Below, in pieces: positions 1 through 9,396 of a DNA stretch of 64,000 bases. This DNA is from an uncultured Anaerolineaceae bacterium. Lineage in GTDB: Bacteria > Chloroflexota > Anaerolineae > Anaerolineales > UBA4823. The translations under genes were made by a program, and so were the position numbers. The stretch spans positions 26,469 through 90,468 of the forward strand of contig CAZWFQ010000002.1 in the NCBI GenBank assembly GCA_964633225.1, read 5' to 3'. The notes under the pieces were generated by a model that was given only the letters and a program-made list of their open reading frames with translations, was not told the origin of the DNA and did not search any database. Position 1 is the stretch's first letter; the number at the start of each line of letters is the position of its first letter.

Positions 1-288
1 TTCGAGGCCGCCGTGCGAGCCTGTCTCTGTCGTCCAGGCGAGCTGGTCTACGGCGATGAAACTGCCGACCAGGCCTACAGCCGCTTCTCGGCGGCAATTG
101 AGCATTTCCTGGCTCAGCACCCGGGTCAAACCGTGGCTGTGGTGGCACATGGCACCGTGATCAGTCTGTTCGTTTCCCGCCACTGCGGGCTGGAACCATT
201 CACCTTTTGGCGCAAGTTGGGCCTGCCGGCCCTGGTCATTCTATCCAGACCAGACCTGGCCCTGATCCAGGTGGTCGAATCCATCTAA
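1..288 (+). CDS. Histidine phosphatase (phosphoglycerate-mutase-like) family protein. C-terminal part only; the 5' end lies outside the window.
   Basis: The frame is open from the window edge to the stop at 286-288. The block VAVVAHGTVISLF resembles the second catalytic His (xHG) region of the histidine phosphatase superfamily. Confidence 0.5.
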   Translation, partial: FEAAVRACLCRPGELVYGDETADQAYSRFSAAIEHFLAQHPGQTVAVVAHGTVISLFVSRHCGLEPFTFWRKLGLPALVILSRPDLALIQVVESI

Positions 289-318
289 TTTCACCCATCA
301 TTCTTCCCAAGGAAAAAC

Positions 319-1131
319 ATGAAATTCGCCATCAACTACTCACATCCTGCAGCAGCCCTTTTGGCCGCAGGCCGCATCAATTTAGATTACTTCAAGGTTC
401 CCAATTGGCCGCACCTGATTGCTGAAGCGCGCGAATACTGCCCGCTGGCCGTACACTTCGACCTGGATGCCGGATCTGGTCAACTGGCTGAAAAAACTGA
501 CTGGGAACTGGTGGAACGCTTGCTGAACATGACAGGCACGCCGCACGTTAACTTACACCTGGACCCCTCGGCCGAATTCTATCCGGGCATGCGAATTGAC
601 GAGCCAGAACCGGCCCAATTTGCCGAGGTGGTTGAGCGCATGCTGGCCGATGTGTGGGCTGCCGTGAAACGCTTTGGCCCTGGGCATGTCATCATTGAGA
701 ATGTGCCCTATCGCGGGGCCGAAGGGCAAACGATGCGCCCGGCTGCCGAACCTGCCATCATCAGCCGGGTCATCGAAGAAACCGGCTGTGGGCTGCTATT
801 TGACATTCAACATGCCCGCATTGCCGCCCACTACCTGGGCATACCAGAATTGGATTATATCCAGGCTCTGCCCATGGCAAACCTGCGCGAACTACATTTT
901 GCAGGTCTACACGTTATAGACGGCAAGTTAGTCGATCATCTGCCCGTATTAGCTGGTGACTGGGAGGTATTGGCCTGGGTTCTCGAACAGATCCGAGATA
1001 AAAAATGGAATCACCCCTGGATGCTGGCCTTTGAGTACGGCGGCGTTGGAGGGCCGTTCACCTGGCGCACGGACGGCCAGGTGATGGAAGAACAAGTGCC
1101 CAAATTATACGAGATGGTCAAAGAGATTTGA
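319..1131 (+). CDS. DUF692-like (MbnB/TglH/ChrH-type) TIM-barrel protein; putative multinuclear non-haem iron enzyme.
   Basis: ATG at 319, 270 aa. The blocks NLHLD, VIIENVPY, GCGLLFDIQHARI, LHFAGLH, VDHLP and AFEYGG resemble the conserved metal-ligand blocks of DUF692 proteins. Recognition is by eye only. Confidence 0.5.
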   Translation: MKFAINYSHPAAALLAAGRINLDYFKVPNWPHLIAEAREYCPLAVHFDLDAGSGQLAEKTDWELVERLLNMTGTPHVNLHLDPSAEFYPGMRIDEPEPAQFAEVVERMLADVWAAVKRFGPGHVIIENVPYRGAEGQTMRPAAEPAIISRVIEETGCGLLFDIQHARIAAHYLGIPELDYIQALPMANLRELHFAGLHVIDGKLVDHLPVLAGDWEVLAWVLEQIRDKKWNHPWMLAFEYGGVGGPFTWRTDGQVMEEQVPKLYEMVKEI

Positions 1132-1134
1132 TGC

Positions 1135-2169
1135 TTAGGGCCGGATCTGCTCAGCCAACCAGCGGGTAAAAGCCTCGGCAGCCGGAAGAGTAACATGATC
1201 CACCGTTTGCATCTGCTCGGCCGGGAAAGTCATCACGTCTCGGATGGGGTTTGCAAAATAGGCTTCCTCGGCCAGGAGCAAGACCTTTGACTGGGCAGCA
1301 TCGAAGTACGCCCGAAAAGCAGGCGCATTATATAGGCCCTCGTACATAGGGCTGTTGAACAAGTAAACGGGGACCTTATAATGCTCTGCCAGGTCGGCGA
1401 TCTCACCAAACGCCTGCCGGTTGATCGAAGAGATTGAAAAAGGATTGGCAGCCAACTCATCCAGGTGATCCTGGGCATCGCGGCGGACAATATCTGGATG
1501 TGGCTCGCTGGCAATTACAAAGCCGTCTGCATCCATGCTCCAGGGGGGGGAGAAGGGGTTGTGCTGCAGAAATACCGTTGAACGCAAGAGCATCGTCAGC
1601 GTTTTGGGCTGCGAAATCAAAGGCACATAACGCTCCAAAAATAGGTCTGAGCGCACTTCTGGATCAGACAATAGTTCGTCCGCCAGGGCATGATCATTCC
1701 AAAAACCCCAGGGGCGCGGAATTTGCCCCAGCAACACCGGGTTCAGACTGCGCGGCCACACGTCGTACACATGCACCAGAATGATCGCCTGGGGCGGATC
1801 AAAACGGGCCAGGTACTCTTCCAACAACCACAAGTCACCCAGCACGGTAATGTTCCCCACCATGCACAAATTGAGCGCCCGTCCGCCCAATTCTTCTTCC
1901 AACACAGCCGGAACAACCCCCTGGTTGCACGACGAGTCGCCCAGCACCAACCAGTCAACAGGCTCGTCAAGCTTTCCCAGCAAAAGCCATTTCTGATGAA
2001 TGGTCCAATACCCTTGATTGGGAGAAAAATGGGCCAGGTAGACACCGGCAGCCCAATTGATCAGTACCACCAAAGCCAAAATACCCAGCAGCTCTAAAAC
2101 CAGGGACAGCGGCCTGGCCTTGGGGGCCAGTTCTTGAGGAAGTTGTCGATAAGCAGGTTGGTCAGGCAT
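1135..2169 (-). CDS. Membrane-anchored hypothetical protein with a GDS(S) SGNH-hydrolase-like block.
   Basis: The ORF-track start at 2211 is GTG. The first ATG is at 2169 (MPDQPAY) and lies downstream of a TATAAT at 2208-2203. There is one N-terminal TM helix (LVLELLGILALVVLINWAAGVYL) followed by LVLGDSSCNQG. The gene converges on the previous gene with a 3-nt gap. Confidence 0.5.
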   Translation of the reverse strand: MPDQPAYRQLPQELAPKARPLSLVLELLGILALVVLINWAAGVYLAHFSPNQGYWTIHQKWLLLGKLDEPVDWLVLGDSSCNQGVVPAVLEEELGGRALNLCMVGNITVLGDLWLLEEYLARFDPPQAIILVHVYDVWPRSLNPVLLGQIPRPWGFWNDHALADELLSDPEVRSDLFLERYVPLISQPKTLTMLLRSTVFLQHNPFSPPWSMDADGFVIASEPHPDIVRRDAQDHLDELAANPFSISSINRQAFGEIADLAEHYKVPVYLFNSPMYEGLYNAPAFRAYFDAAQSKVLLLAEEAYFANPIRDVMTFPAEQMQTVDHVTLPAAEAFTRWLAEQIRP

Positions 2170-2272
2170 GATGTTAATCCAATTCAGGTTGCAAACAAGT
2201 TGATTATACACAATAGTTATTTATGTGACCCTGGGAATAGTATCTTCGTCAAGGCATTTTCCAAATCCAAAA

Positions 2273-2281
2273 TGGTATAAT
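2273..2281 (+). promoter_or_regulatory. Putative extended -10 promoter element TGGTATAAT for sucCD.
   Basis: TG at 2273-2274 and TATAAT at 2276-2281, about 67 nt upstream of the sucC ATG. SD AAGGAG at 2332-2337. The same 9-mer recurs at 8184-8192. Confidence 0.4.
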
Positions 2282-2347
2282 GCGCGCATCTGCTGATGCA
2301 AATAGGGCTCGAGCTATTTAACCTCCAGGCTAAGGAGCTGAGACGGA

Positions 2348-3481
2348 ATGAAATTACACGAATACCAATCAAAGCACATTTTTTCCAGGTACGGAATTCC
2401 AATCCCCAAAGGACGTGTAGCGTCCACATCTGGTGAGGCTCGCGCGATCGCTGAAGAATTGAGCGGGCGTGTCGTCGTCAAATCTCAGGTGTTGGTGGGG
2501 GGGCGCGGCAAAGCCGGGGGCATTCGCCTGGCAAAAGATCCCCGCGAGGCTGAAGAGATCGCCACCCAAATCCTGGCGATGGAAATCAAGGGCCTTCCGG
2601 TGCGCAAAGTTTTAGTAGATGAAGCCTCTGACATTAAAAATGAGATCTACCTCGGCATTACCAATGACCGGGCTGCCCGCAAACCGGTCATCATGGCATC
2701 TTCTGCGGGCGGCGTAGAGATTGAAGAAGTGGCCCGGACGACGCCAGAGAAAATCATTAAAGTGCATGTCGACCCACTGTTAGGACTGAAAGACTACCAG
2801 ACGCGCGACCTTGCGGCTGGCATCGATCTGCCGCGTGAACACTGGAGGCTGTTCGGTCAGATCACGCAGGGCCTGTGGCGAGCCTTTATTGACAGCGATG
2901 CAACCCTGGCCGAGATCAATCCCCTGGTCATCACGCATGACAATCACCTGGTTGCCCTGGACGGCAAAATGGTGCTCGACGACAATGCCCTATTCCGCCA
3001 CCCAGACCTGGCTGAGGTCCGCGACCTGGATATTGAGGCCCCGGCCGAAATTGACGCCCGCAAGTACGGCCTGACCTTTATCAAACTTGAGGGCAATATC
3101 GGGTGCATGGTCAATGGCGCCGGGCTGGCAATGACCACGATGGACATCATTAAGTTGTTCGGCGGCGAGCCGGCAAACTTCTTAGATATTGGCGGAGGCG
3201 CCGGAGCGGATAAAGTTGCTGCCGCTATGCGCATCATCCTGACTGACAACAATGTCAAAGCTGTGTTATTCAACGTTTTCGGCGGCATCACCCGGTGCGA
3301 CGAGGTAGCACGCGGCATCCTATCTGCCATCGATGAAGTCCAACCCAAAGTACCCATGGTCGTGCGATTGGTTGGAACCAACGCAGCAGAGGGGCTCAAG
3401 CTGCTTGAAAACGCTCACATGATCACCGCAGAAACCCTGGCCGACGCCGCCCAAAAGGCCGTTGCAGCCGCCAAGTCTTAG
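2348..3481 (+). CDS. sucC: Succinyl-CoA synthetase (ADP-forming) beta subunit.
   Basis: 377 aa. The N-terminus [22 protein letters not shown] is typical of the ATP-grasp SucC family, and sucD follows 21 nt downstream. Confidence 0.95.
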   Translation: MKLHEYQSKHIFSRYGIPIPKGRVASTSGEARAIAEELSGRVVVKSQVLVGGRGKAGGIRLAKDPREAEEIATQILAMEIKGLPVRKVLVDEASDIKNEIYLGITNDRAARKPVIMASSAGGVEIEEVARTTPEKIIKVHVDPLLGLKDYQTRDLAAGIDLPREHWRLFGQITQGLWRAFIDSDATLAEINPLVITHDNHLVALDGKMVLDDNALFRHPDLAEVRDLDIEAPAEIDARKYGLTFIKLEGNIGCMVNGAGLAMTTMDIIKLFGGEPANFLDIGGGAGADKVAAAMRIILTDNNVKAVLFNVFGGITRCDEVARGILSAIDEVQPKVPMVVRLVGTNAAEGLKLLENAHMITAETLADAAQKAVAAAKS

Positions 3482-3502
3482 GGCGAAGGAAGGTTACTAC
3501 TC

Positions 3503-4366
3503 ATGAGCATCTTAGTCAATAAGAATACCCGCCTGGTGGTGCAAGGCATCACCGGCAACGAAGGGCTGTTCCATACCGAGCAAATGGTGGCCTATGGCAC
3601 AAACGTGGTTGCCGGCGTGACCCCTGGCAAAGGCGGCGAATGGGTGATGGATGGCAAGATACCGGTTTTCGATTGCGTCAAGCTGGCTGTCGAAGCCACC
3701 GGCGCCAATACCAGCATCATTTTTGTCCCAGCCCGCTTCTCAGCTGATGCAATTTTTGAAGCGGCCGATGCCGGCATTCCCTTCATTGTATGTATCACCG
3801 AGGGCATTCCAGTACAAGATATGATGCGGGTTCGCAACTACCTGGACACGAAAAAGGTGCGCCTGCTTGGCCCAAACTGCCCCGGCCTGATCACCCCTGG
3901 CGAGGCCAAGGTAGGCATCATCCCCGGTAATATCGCCATTCCCGGCAACGTAGGTGTGATCTCTCGCTCGGGCACATTGACGTACGAGGTGGTCTATGCG
4001 CTCAAGCTCTTGGGGCGCGGTGTGAGCACCTGCGTGGGCATCGGCGGCGATCCGATCAATGGCACGAACTTCATCGACTGCCTGGAGATGTTTGAGGCTG
4101 ACCCTTACACTGAGAAAGTGGTCTTGATTGGTGAGATTGGCGGTTCTGATGAAGAGAAAGCGGCCGAGTTCATCTCGATGCATATGACCAAGCCGGTTGT
4201 AGGCTTCATTGCCGGCCAAACTGCCCCTCCCGGTAAGCGCATGGGACATGCAGGCGCCATCGTTGAGGGCGGGTCTGGCCTGGCAGCCGACAAGGTTAAG
4301 GCACTCCAGGCAGCCGGTGTGCGCGTGGCATCGCACCCCGAAGAAATCCCCAGCTTATTGATCTAA
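3503..4366 (+). CDS. sucD: Succinyl-CoA synthetase alpha subunit.
   Basis: 287 aa. Motifs include SRSGTLTYE and the phosphohistidine loop [19 protein letters not shown] lies upstream. Confidence 0.95.
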   Translation: MSILVNKNTRLVVQGITGNEGLFHTEQMVAYGTNVVAGVTPGKGGEWVMDGKIPVFDCVKLAVEATGANTSIIFVPARFSADAIFEAADAGIPFIVCITEGIPVQDMMRVRNYLDTKKVRLLGPNCPGLITPGEAKVGIIPGNIAIPGNVGVISRSGTLTYEVVYALKLLGRGVSTCVGIGGDPINGTNFIDCLEMFEADPYTEKVVLIGEIGGSDEEKAAEFISMHMTKPVVGFIAGQTAPPGKRMGHAGAIVEGGSGLAADKVKALQAAGVRVASHPEEIPSLLI

Positions 4367-4394
4367 ACTACCCGGTTGATTAATAGCAGATAGC

Positions 4395-4442
4395 AAACAA
4401 GGATGAAGCGGTGCTGGCGCATCGCATCATCCTTGTTTTTTT
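4395..4442. terminator. Bidirectional rho-independent terminator between convergent sucD and acpP.
   Basis: A 12-bp stem (AAACAAGGATGA at 4395-4406 pairing with TCATCCTTGTTT at 4427-4438) is followed by a T-run to 4442. An A-run on the other side serves the minus strand. Confidence 0.6.
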
Positions 4443-4453
4443 GTTCGTTGTTT

Positions 4454-4705
4454 CTATTCTTGATGAGATTTCATGTAGTCAACGGCCTGGCCAACGGTCT
4501 TGATCTGCTGAGCTTCCTCATCAGAAATTTCGCCGCCAAACTCGTCTTCGAAGGCCATGATCAACTCGACCAGGTCGAGCGAATCTGCCTCTAGATCTTC
4601 GCGAAAGCGCGCTTCCAAGACCACCTTCGCTTCATCAACACCCAACATATTTACGATGATGCCCTTGATTTTCTCGTAGATCTCATCGTTAGATAACGTA
4701 GCCAT
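4454..4705 (-). CDS. acpP: Acyl carrier protein.
   Basis: 83 aa from the ATG at 4705, with a perfect SD AAGGAGG 5 nt upstream. Phosphopantetheine site motif [19 protein letters not shown]. The longer ORF-track start at 4762 is unsupported. Confidence 0.9.
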   Translation of the reverse strand: MATLSNDEIYEKIKGIIVNMLGVDEAKVVLEARFREDLEADSLDLVELIMAFEDEFGGEISDEEAQQIKTVGQAVDYMKSHQE

Positions 4706-4742
4706 ATATGCCTCCTTATTAATGGTTAATCTTGACTTGGCA

Positions 4743-4770
4743 ATTGTAACCAGGGTTGTCAATCTGTCAA
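4743..4770 (-). promoter_or_regulatory. Putative sigma70 promoter of acpP.
   Basis: On the minus strand: TTGACA (4770-4765), a 16-nt spacer, then TACAAT (4748-4743). A second TTGACA lies 2 nt downstream of the first. Confidence 0.5.
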
Positions 4771-4847
4771 GTCCCAGGTGAGAGTTGGTAGGGGTCGAAA
4801 AAACAACACGATTGGAATGTGACCCTGGTAAAGCCCCGGATAGTTAG

Positions 4848-4876
4848 TTGACAGGCCCGAATCAGGCTGGTAAGAT
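4848..4876 (+). promoter_or_regulatory. Putative sigma70 promoter of the fni / prenyl synthase operon.
   Basis: TTGACA (4848-4853), a 17-nt spacer, then TAAGAT (4871-4876) preceded by TGg. Confidence 0.45.
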
Positions 4877-4902
4877 TGCTCTCAAGACAGGAACACCCCA
4901 CC

Positions 4903-5937
4903 ATGCCAGAAGTTACGCACATCAGCACGCGCAAATCGGATCATATCCGGATCAACCTGGACGAAAATGTTCAATCGGGTTTGACCAATGGCCTGGAGCA
5001 TTACCGGTTCATCCACCGGGCGTTACCAGAGTTGAACCTGGGAGACGTGCGCCTGGAACAAGAACTATTTGGGCGTTTTCTTAAAGCGCCGATCTTGATC
5101 TCATCAATGACAGGTGGAACGGATGAGGCGGCTGCCATCAACCGGACACTGGCAGCTGCAGCACAGCAATGCGGGGTGGCAATGGGCCTGGGCTCACAAC
5201 GGGCAGCCATCCAACATCCTGAGTTAGCACCCACCTTCCAGGTGCGCAGTGTAGCCCCCGATATTCTTTTGTTTGCCAATCTGGGTGCGGTTCAACTCAA
5301 TCTTGGCTATGGGGTAGATGAGTGCCGCCGGGCGGTCGAGATGATCGAGGCGGATGCGCTGATCCTGCACCTCAATGCCCTGCAAGAAGCTGTCCAGCCA
5401 GAAGGCGATGTTCACTTTGGCGGCCTGCTGAAGAAGATTGAAGCCGTGTGCAAAGCCCTACCCGTGCCTGTGATCGCCAAGGAAGTTGGCTGGGGGTTCT
5501 CACCCGCCGATGCAGCCCGGTTGGCCCAGGCAGGCGTTGCCGCCATCGATGTTGCTGGGGCTGGCGGCACCTCTTGGAGCCAGGTGGAGATGCACCGGGC
5601 ACAGAACGCCAGCCAGAAACGACTGGCGGCAGCCTTCATCGACTGGGGCATCCCGACTGCCGAGGCCATCCAAAATGTCAGCCAGGCCGCGCCCGGATTA
5701 ACGATTATTGCTTCTGGCGGTTTGCAGAACGGCGTAGAAATTGCCAAATGCCTGGCCCTGGGTGCAGTGCTGGGGGGGATGGCAGGACCTTTTCTGCGAG
5801 CGGCTGTTCAATCTACAGATGCAGCCGTCCAGTTGATCCACGAGCTGCAGCGAGAGATTCAGGTGTGCCTGTTTGCCACCGGCTCTGCTGACCTGGCTGC
5901 CCTAAGACAGAATAAACTGGAACACTATGACTCTTGA
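4903..5937 (+). CDS. fni: Isopentenyl-diphosphate delta-isomerase, type 2 (FMN-dependent).
   Basis: 344 aa from the ATG at 4903; the track start at 4876 is TTG and sits inside the putative -10 box. The N-terminus [12 protein letters not shown], the AGGTSW block and the glycine-rich FMN-binding C-terminal half are typical of IDI-2. Confidence 0.85.
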   Translation: MPEVTHISTRKSDHIRINLDENVQSGLTNGLEHYRFIHRALPELNLGDVRLEQELFGRFLKAPILISSMTGGTDEAAAINRTLAAAAQQCGVAMGLGSQRAAIQHPELAPTFQVRSVAPDILLFANLGAVQLNLGYGVDECRRAVEMIEADALILHLNALQEAVQPEGDVHFGGLLKKIEAVCKALPVPVIAKEVGWGFSPADAARLAQAGVAAIDVAGAGGTSWSQVEMHRAQNASQKRLAAAFIDWGIPTAEAIQNVSQAAPGLTIIASGGLQNGVEIAKCLALGAVLGGMAGPFLRAAVQSTDAAVQLIHELQREIQVCLFATGSADLAALRQNKLEHYDS

Positions 5938-6940
5938 AGCCCTGGCACAAACCTACTTACCTGTTGTTGAAGCTGGCCTCCAGAGCGCCGTGGCAAACGC
6001 CACAGGCGAAGGAACGAGCGACCTGAGCAGCATGTTGGCTTACCATTTGGGCTGGGAGGGAGAAGGGGCCGGCCCTGCAGCGCGCGGCAAGCGCATCCGC
6101 CCGCTGTTGGTCCTGCTGACCACAGCCGCCGCGGGAGGAGCCTGGCAAGCGGGCATCCCGGCAGCCGTGGCGGTGGAATTGGTGCATAACTTTTCGCTGA
6201 TCCATGATGACATCGAAGATAACAGCCCGCTGCGCCGAGGGCGACAGACGGTATGGAAGAAGTGGGACATCGCACGCGCCATCAATGCAGGCGATTCAAT
6301 GTTTACCCTGGCCCACCTGGAAATCCTGCGTACCCAAGAGAGATCCTCTCTGGAGGTGACACTGCAAGCTGCGCAAATCTTACACCGGGCTTGCCTGCAC
6401 CTGACCCAGGGACAACACCTGGACCTATCATATGAAAACCGCCAAGATCTGGGACAGGCCGACTATTGGCCCATGGTGAACGGAAAAACAGCGGCCCTTT
6501 TGGCTGCCTGCACTGAGCTTGGTGCGTTGATTGCCCAGGCCAACACAGCCATACGCCAAAGCTATTTCCAATTCGGGCAGTCACTGGGGTTGGCCTTCCA
6601 GGTTCAAGACGATCTCTTGGGCATTTGGGGGCAGGCCGAATTGACCGGAAAATCTGCCGAAAGCGACCTGGTAGCCGGCAAGAAATCTCTTCCTATCCTG
6701 TGCGGGTTAAGCCAGCAAGGCAAGTTTTACCAACGCTGGATCAAGGGGCCAATTCAAGCAGACGAGGCAGGCGAGCTGGCGCGGGTTTTAGAGAAAGAAG
6801 GCGCCCGCGAGGAAACCCAACACCATGCCGACCGGCTGACCCAGCAGGCACTGCAAGCCCTTGAAGACGCCCGACCTGGCGGCGAGGCCGGGACTGCTTT
6901 GCGCGACCTGGCCGACCTGCTACTCAATCGCCAATCCTGA
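5927..6940 (+). CDS. Polyprenyl diphosphate synthase (GGPP synthase-like, trans-IPPS).
   Basis: 337 aa. First Asp-rich motif LIHDDIED, second FQVQDDLLG. The gene overlaps the fni stop by 11 nt. Confidence 0.8.
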   Translation: MTLEALAQTYLPVVEAGLQSAVANATGEGTSDLSSMLAYHLGWEGEGAGPAARGKRIRPLLVLLTTAAAGGAWQAGIPAAVAVELVHNFSLIHDDIEDNSPLRRGRQTVWKKWDIARAINAGDSMFTLAHLEILRTQERSSLEVTLQAAQILHRACLHLTQGQHLDLSYENRQDLGQADYWPMVNGKTAALLAACTELGALIAQANTAIRQSYFQFGQSLGLAFQVQDDLLGIWGQAELTGKSAESDLVAGKKSLPILCGLSQQGKFYQRWIKGPIQADEAGELARVLEKEGAREETQHHADRLTQQALQALEDARPGGEAGTALRDLADLLLNRQS

Positions 6941-6942
6941 GA

Positions 6943-8136
6943 TCAAATAAACTCCATAAACACCCGATTGCCCAACAAACGCCCGCGTTGGGTCAGGCGC
7001 AGGCGGGGCTGTAATGCATCAATCCACTCCAGCAGGCCCTGGTTCACCAGGCGCTCGATCACAAGCCCATAGGCACTTTGCAAGCTCAGGCCAAAACGCT
7101 CTTCAAAATCTGCCGCAGCCACCCCATCGCGCACCAGGCGCAGCCCCATCATCATTGTCTCGCCCATTTCTGCTTGCCGGTCAATGAGGATCTCGCTGAT
7201 CGTAGCTGGGGTGCGCGGGAAAGCCGCAGGAGGCTTTTCGTCCATCACCGCCAGGCGTTGGATATAATCTGCCGGCGCCAACACATTCGCCGTGCGCACC
7301 CCGCCAGCATACCCATGCGCCCCCGCCCCCAGGCCCAAGTAAGGCTGGTTACGCCAATACTGCAAGTTATGCAGGCAAGCCAAGGGCTGCCCAAAACCAT
7401 CCAGACGCGCCCAATTTGAGATTTCATACTGGGCCATGCCTGCCGCACCCAAGCGATCACTGGCGCACTCGTACATATCAGCCGCCAGATCTGCATCGGG
7501 GGCATCCAGCAGGCCGCGTCCCACCCAACGCTGCATGGGAGTGCCCTGCTCAAGGGTCAGCGCATACAGCGAAAGATGGTCTGGGTTGAGTGCTAAGGAG
7601 GTATCCAGGGTTTTCAGCCAGGTCGCTACTGCCTGGCCCGGCAAGCCGTAGATTAGATCCAGGCTCAGATTTTCAAAACCCGCCTGGCGCGCCCAACGCA
7701 CTGCCCGGATCACATCCGGCAGATCATGCACACGCCCCAATAAACGCAGCTCAGTGGTATCTGCCGACTGCATACCCAGGCTGAGGCGGTTGACGCCCAA
7801 AGCCCGCAAGCCGCGCAGCACATCCAATGATACCGTGCCAGGATTAGCTTCCAAAGAAATCTCAATGCCTGGCAACAAGTTAAAATCTTCTGCCAAAGCT
7901 TGCAGAATATATTCCACAGCAGCTAGAGGCAGCAGGGAGGGTGTGCCGCCGCCCAAGAAAATTGTGTGCACGGGCAGGCGCTCGCCAGCCAAAGCTGACA
8001 GGTAAGCTGCCTCCCGGCGGATGGCATCAATATAACCAGGGATCAATTTATCCAGGTTAGCATAGGTATTAAAATCGCAATAGGCGCAGCGGTGCACACA
8101 AAAAGGGATATGCAAATATATGCTGTAGGGCAACAT
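6943..8136 (-). CDS. hemW: Radical SAM haem chaperone HemW (oxygen-independent coproporphyrinogen oxidase-like).
   Basis: 397 aa. CVHRCAYCDF (CxxxCxxC) near the N-terminus and a HemN-like C-terminal domain. Confidence 0.85.
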   Translation of the reverse strand: MLPYSIYLHIPFCVHRCAYCDFNTYANLDKLIPGYIDAIRREAAYLSALAGERLPVHTIFLGGGTPSLLPLAAVEYILQALAEDFNLLPGIEISLEANPGTVSLDVLRGLRALGVNRLSLGMQSADTTELRLLGRVHDLPDVIRAVRWARQAGFENLSLDLIYGLPGQAVATWLKTLDTSLALNPDHLSLYALTLEQGTPMQRWVGRGLLDAPDADLAADMYECASDRLGAAGMAQYEISNWARLDGFGQPLACLHNLQYWRNQPYLGLGAGAHGYAGGVRTANVLAPADYIQRLAVMDEKPPAAFPRTPATISEILIDRQAEMGETMMMGLRLVRDGVAAADFEERFGLSLQSAYGLVIERLVNQGLLEWIDALQPRLRLTQRGRLLGNRVFMEFI

Positions 8137-8183
8137 AGGGTAAGTATACCAAACTCAAGCAATGGATTTTCTTCCCTCCCTTA

Positions 8184-8192
8184 TGGTATAAT
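8184..8192 (+). promoter_or_regulatory. Putative extended -10 promoter TGGTATAAT for the LysM protein gene.
   Basis: TG at 8184-8185 and TATAAT at 8187-8192, 40 nt before the ATG at 8232. The 9-mer is identical to the sucC element. Confidence 0.4.
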
Positions 8193-8231
8193 CCGCCAAG
8201 TCTGGTCCATTCCCAGACACAATAAAATATC

Positions 8232-9383
8232 ATGAGTCCTGAAAACCCTACATCTACAAAACTTTGCCCCACCTGTGGCACGCGCCTCAGCGCAGATGCA
8301 ACTCGCTGCCTGGTTTGTGGTGCCGACCTGGGGAGCAGCGAAAAGCAAGCTCCCACAACTAAAGGCGTGCAAGGCAGCCGTATGCCGTCTATCACACTGA
8401 GCCTGCCAGCCGCCATCGGGCTGTTGGCGCTCTTCTTAACCATCGGTGCAGTTCTGGTGTACTTTGCCTTAAAACAGACACCCGAGGTGATTGTCCCATC
8501 TACAGTCACGCCCACTGCCACGCTGACCCCCACGCCAACCCTTACCAACACCCCAATACCGCCCACCACCACGTACACCCCTGAGCCGAGCGCTACGCCC
8601 CAAACCTACCTGGTACAAGAGTTGGATACTTGCCTGGGTATCGCAGCGTTCTTCGGTGTTTCGGTGCAAAGCATTGTTACGTTGAACGGCCTGCCTGCAG
8701 CATGCGACACCTTATATATCAACCAGCCGCTTCTCATTCCCCAACCCACCGCCACCGCTACCCCCTTGCCATCTGCCACGTTCAGCCCTGCCGAGCAAAC
8801 AGAGGCTGCCTGCGAAAAGATCAACTACGTTGTGCAGGCCAACGATACACTGGGTGGAATTGCCGCCAATTATGATGTTCCCATGGAAGCCATTCGCGCA
8901 GAAAACGGTCTTCCAGGGGATTCGGTGTACTTGGGTCAAAATATCATTATCCCTCTCTGCAAGCGCGCCGCCACACCGGGGCCATCCCCAACCCCCACCC
9001 TGCCGCCACCTTACCCGGCACCCAGCCTGCTGCTGCCTTCTGATGGCGCACCTTTTACGCTTGCGAATGACAGCATCACCCTGCAGTGGGCTTCTGTTGG
9101 CACCCTGCGCGAAAACGAGGCCTACGCCGTCAGTGTGATTGACCTGACAGCCGCCACAGGTGATACGATGATCGATTACGTCACCGACACCAAATACATC
9201 GTACCTGTTTCTTTGCGCCCCTACGACAATGTGCCGCACGCCTTCCGTTGGTGGGTCAGCGTGGTTCGGCAGACCAGCACTGACGAAAGCGGCAACCCCG
9301 TTTGGGAATCGGCTGGCACCGCCAGCCTCGGGCGTGTGTTCACCTGGTCTGGCACAGGCAGCGCAGCAACACCCACCCCATAA
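8232..9383 (+). CDS. Membrane-anchored protein: zinc ribbon, TM helix, Pro/Thr linker, two LysM domains and a C-terminal beta-rich domain.
   Basis: CPTCGTRLSADATRCLVCG zinc ribbon; TM helix LPAAIGLLALFLTIGAVLVYF; LysM repeats YLVQELDTCLGIAAFFGVSVQSIVTLNGL and YVVQANDTLGGIAANYDVPMEAIRAENGL. Confidence 0.75.
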   Translation: MSPENPTSTKLCPTCGTRLSADATRCLVCGADLGSSEKQAPTTKGVQGSRMPSITLSLPAAIGLLALFLTIGAVLVYFALKQTPEVIVPSTVTPTATLTPTPTLTNTPIPPTTTYTPEPSATPQTYLVQELDTCLGIAAFFGVSVQSIVTLNGLPAACDTLYINQPLLIPQPTATATPLPSATFSPAEQTEAACEKINYVVQANDTLGGIAANYDVPMEAIRAENGLPGDSVYLGQNIIIPLCKRAATPGPSPTPTLPPPYPAPSLLLPSDGAPFTLANDSITLQWASVGTLRENEAYAVSVIDLTAATGDTMIDYVTDTKYIVPVSLRPYDNVPHAFRWWVSVVRQTSTDESGNPVWESAGTASLGRVFTWSGTGSAATPTP

Positions 9384-9396
9384 TTCCTTGATCAAA

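Noticed and set aside
3740-4336. A 198-aa antisense ORF inside sucD. Similar long ORFs lie at 8712-9395, 10918-11652, 14883-15509, 24230-24820, 44306-44947, 48598-49221 and 50891-51523.
   Set aside because: Each lies fully within, and opposite to, a CDS with unmistakable family motifs. Their translations are Arg/Ala/Gly/Pro-rich with no recognisable domains, no SD and no independent start context. These are typical shadow ORFs of GC-rich coding DNA.
6595-6625. The second Asp-rich motif of the prenyl synthase reads DDLLG rather than DDxxD. I considered whether the enzyme is inactive.
   Set aside because: As far as I recall, DDLLGxxG is a normal variant in actinobacterial-type GGPP synthases. 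The first motif (DDIED) and the downstream GK...D..GK block are intact.
8069-8578. A 169-aa minus-strand ORF spanning the hemW start, the intergenic region and the LysM gene start.
   Set aside because: It crosses a promoter region and two well-supported gene starts, and the translation is low-complexity (VGVGV...). I judge it spurious.
8480-8600. Repeat-like Pro/Thr-coding tracts. Others occur at about 53000-53200 and 41000-41230, plus the acidic tract at 32800-33130. I considered them as possible tandem DNA repeats or CRISPR-like arrays.
   Set aside because: They are in-frame low-complexity linkers of membrane or secreted proteins. At the nucleotide level there is no unit periodicity with conserved repeats and unique spacers, and no cas genes are present.
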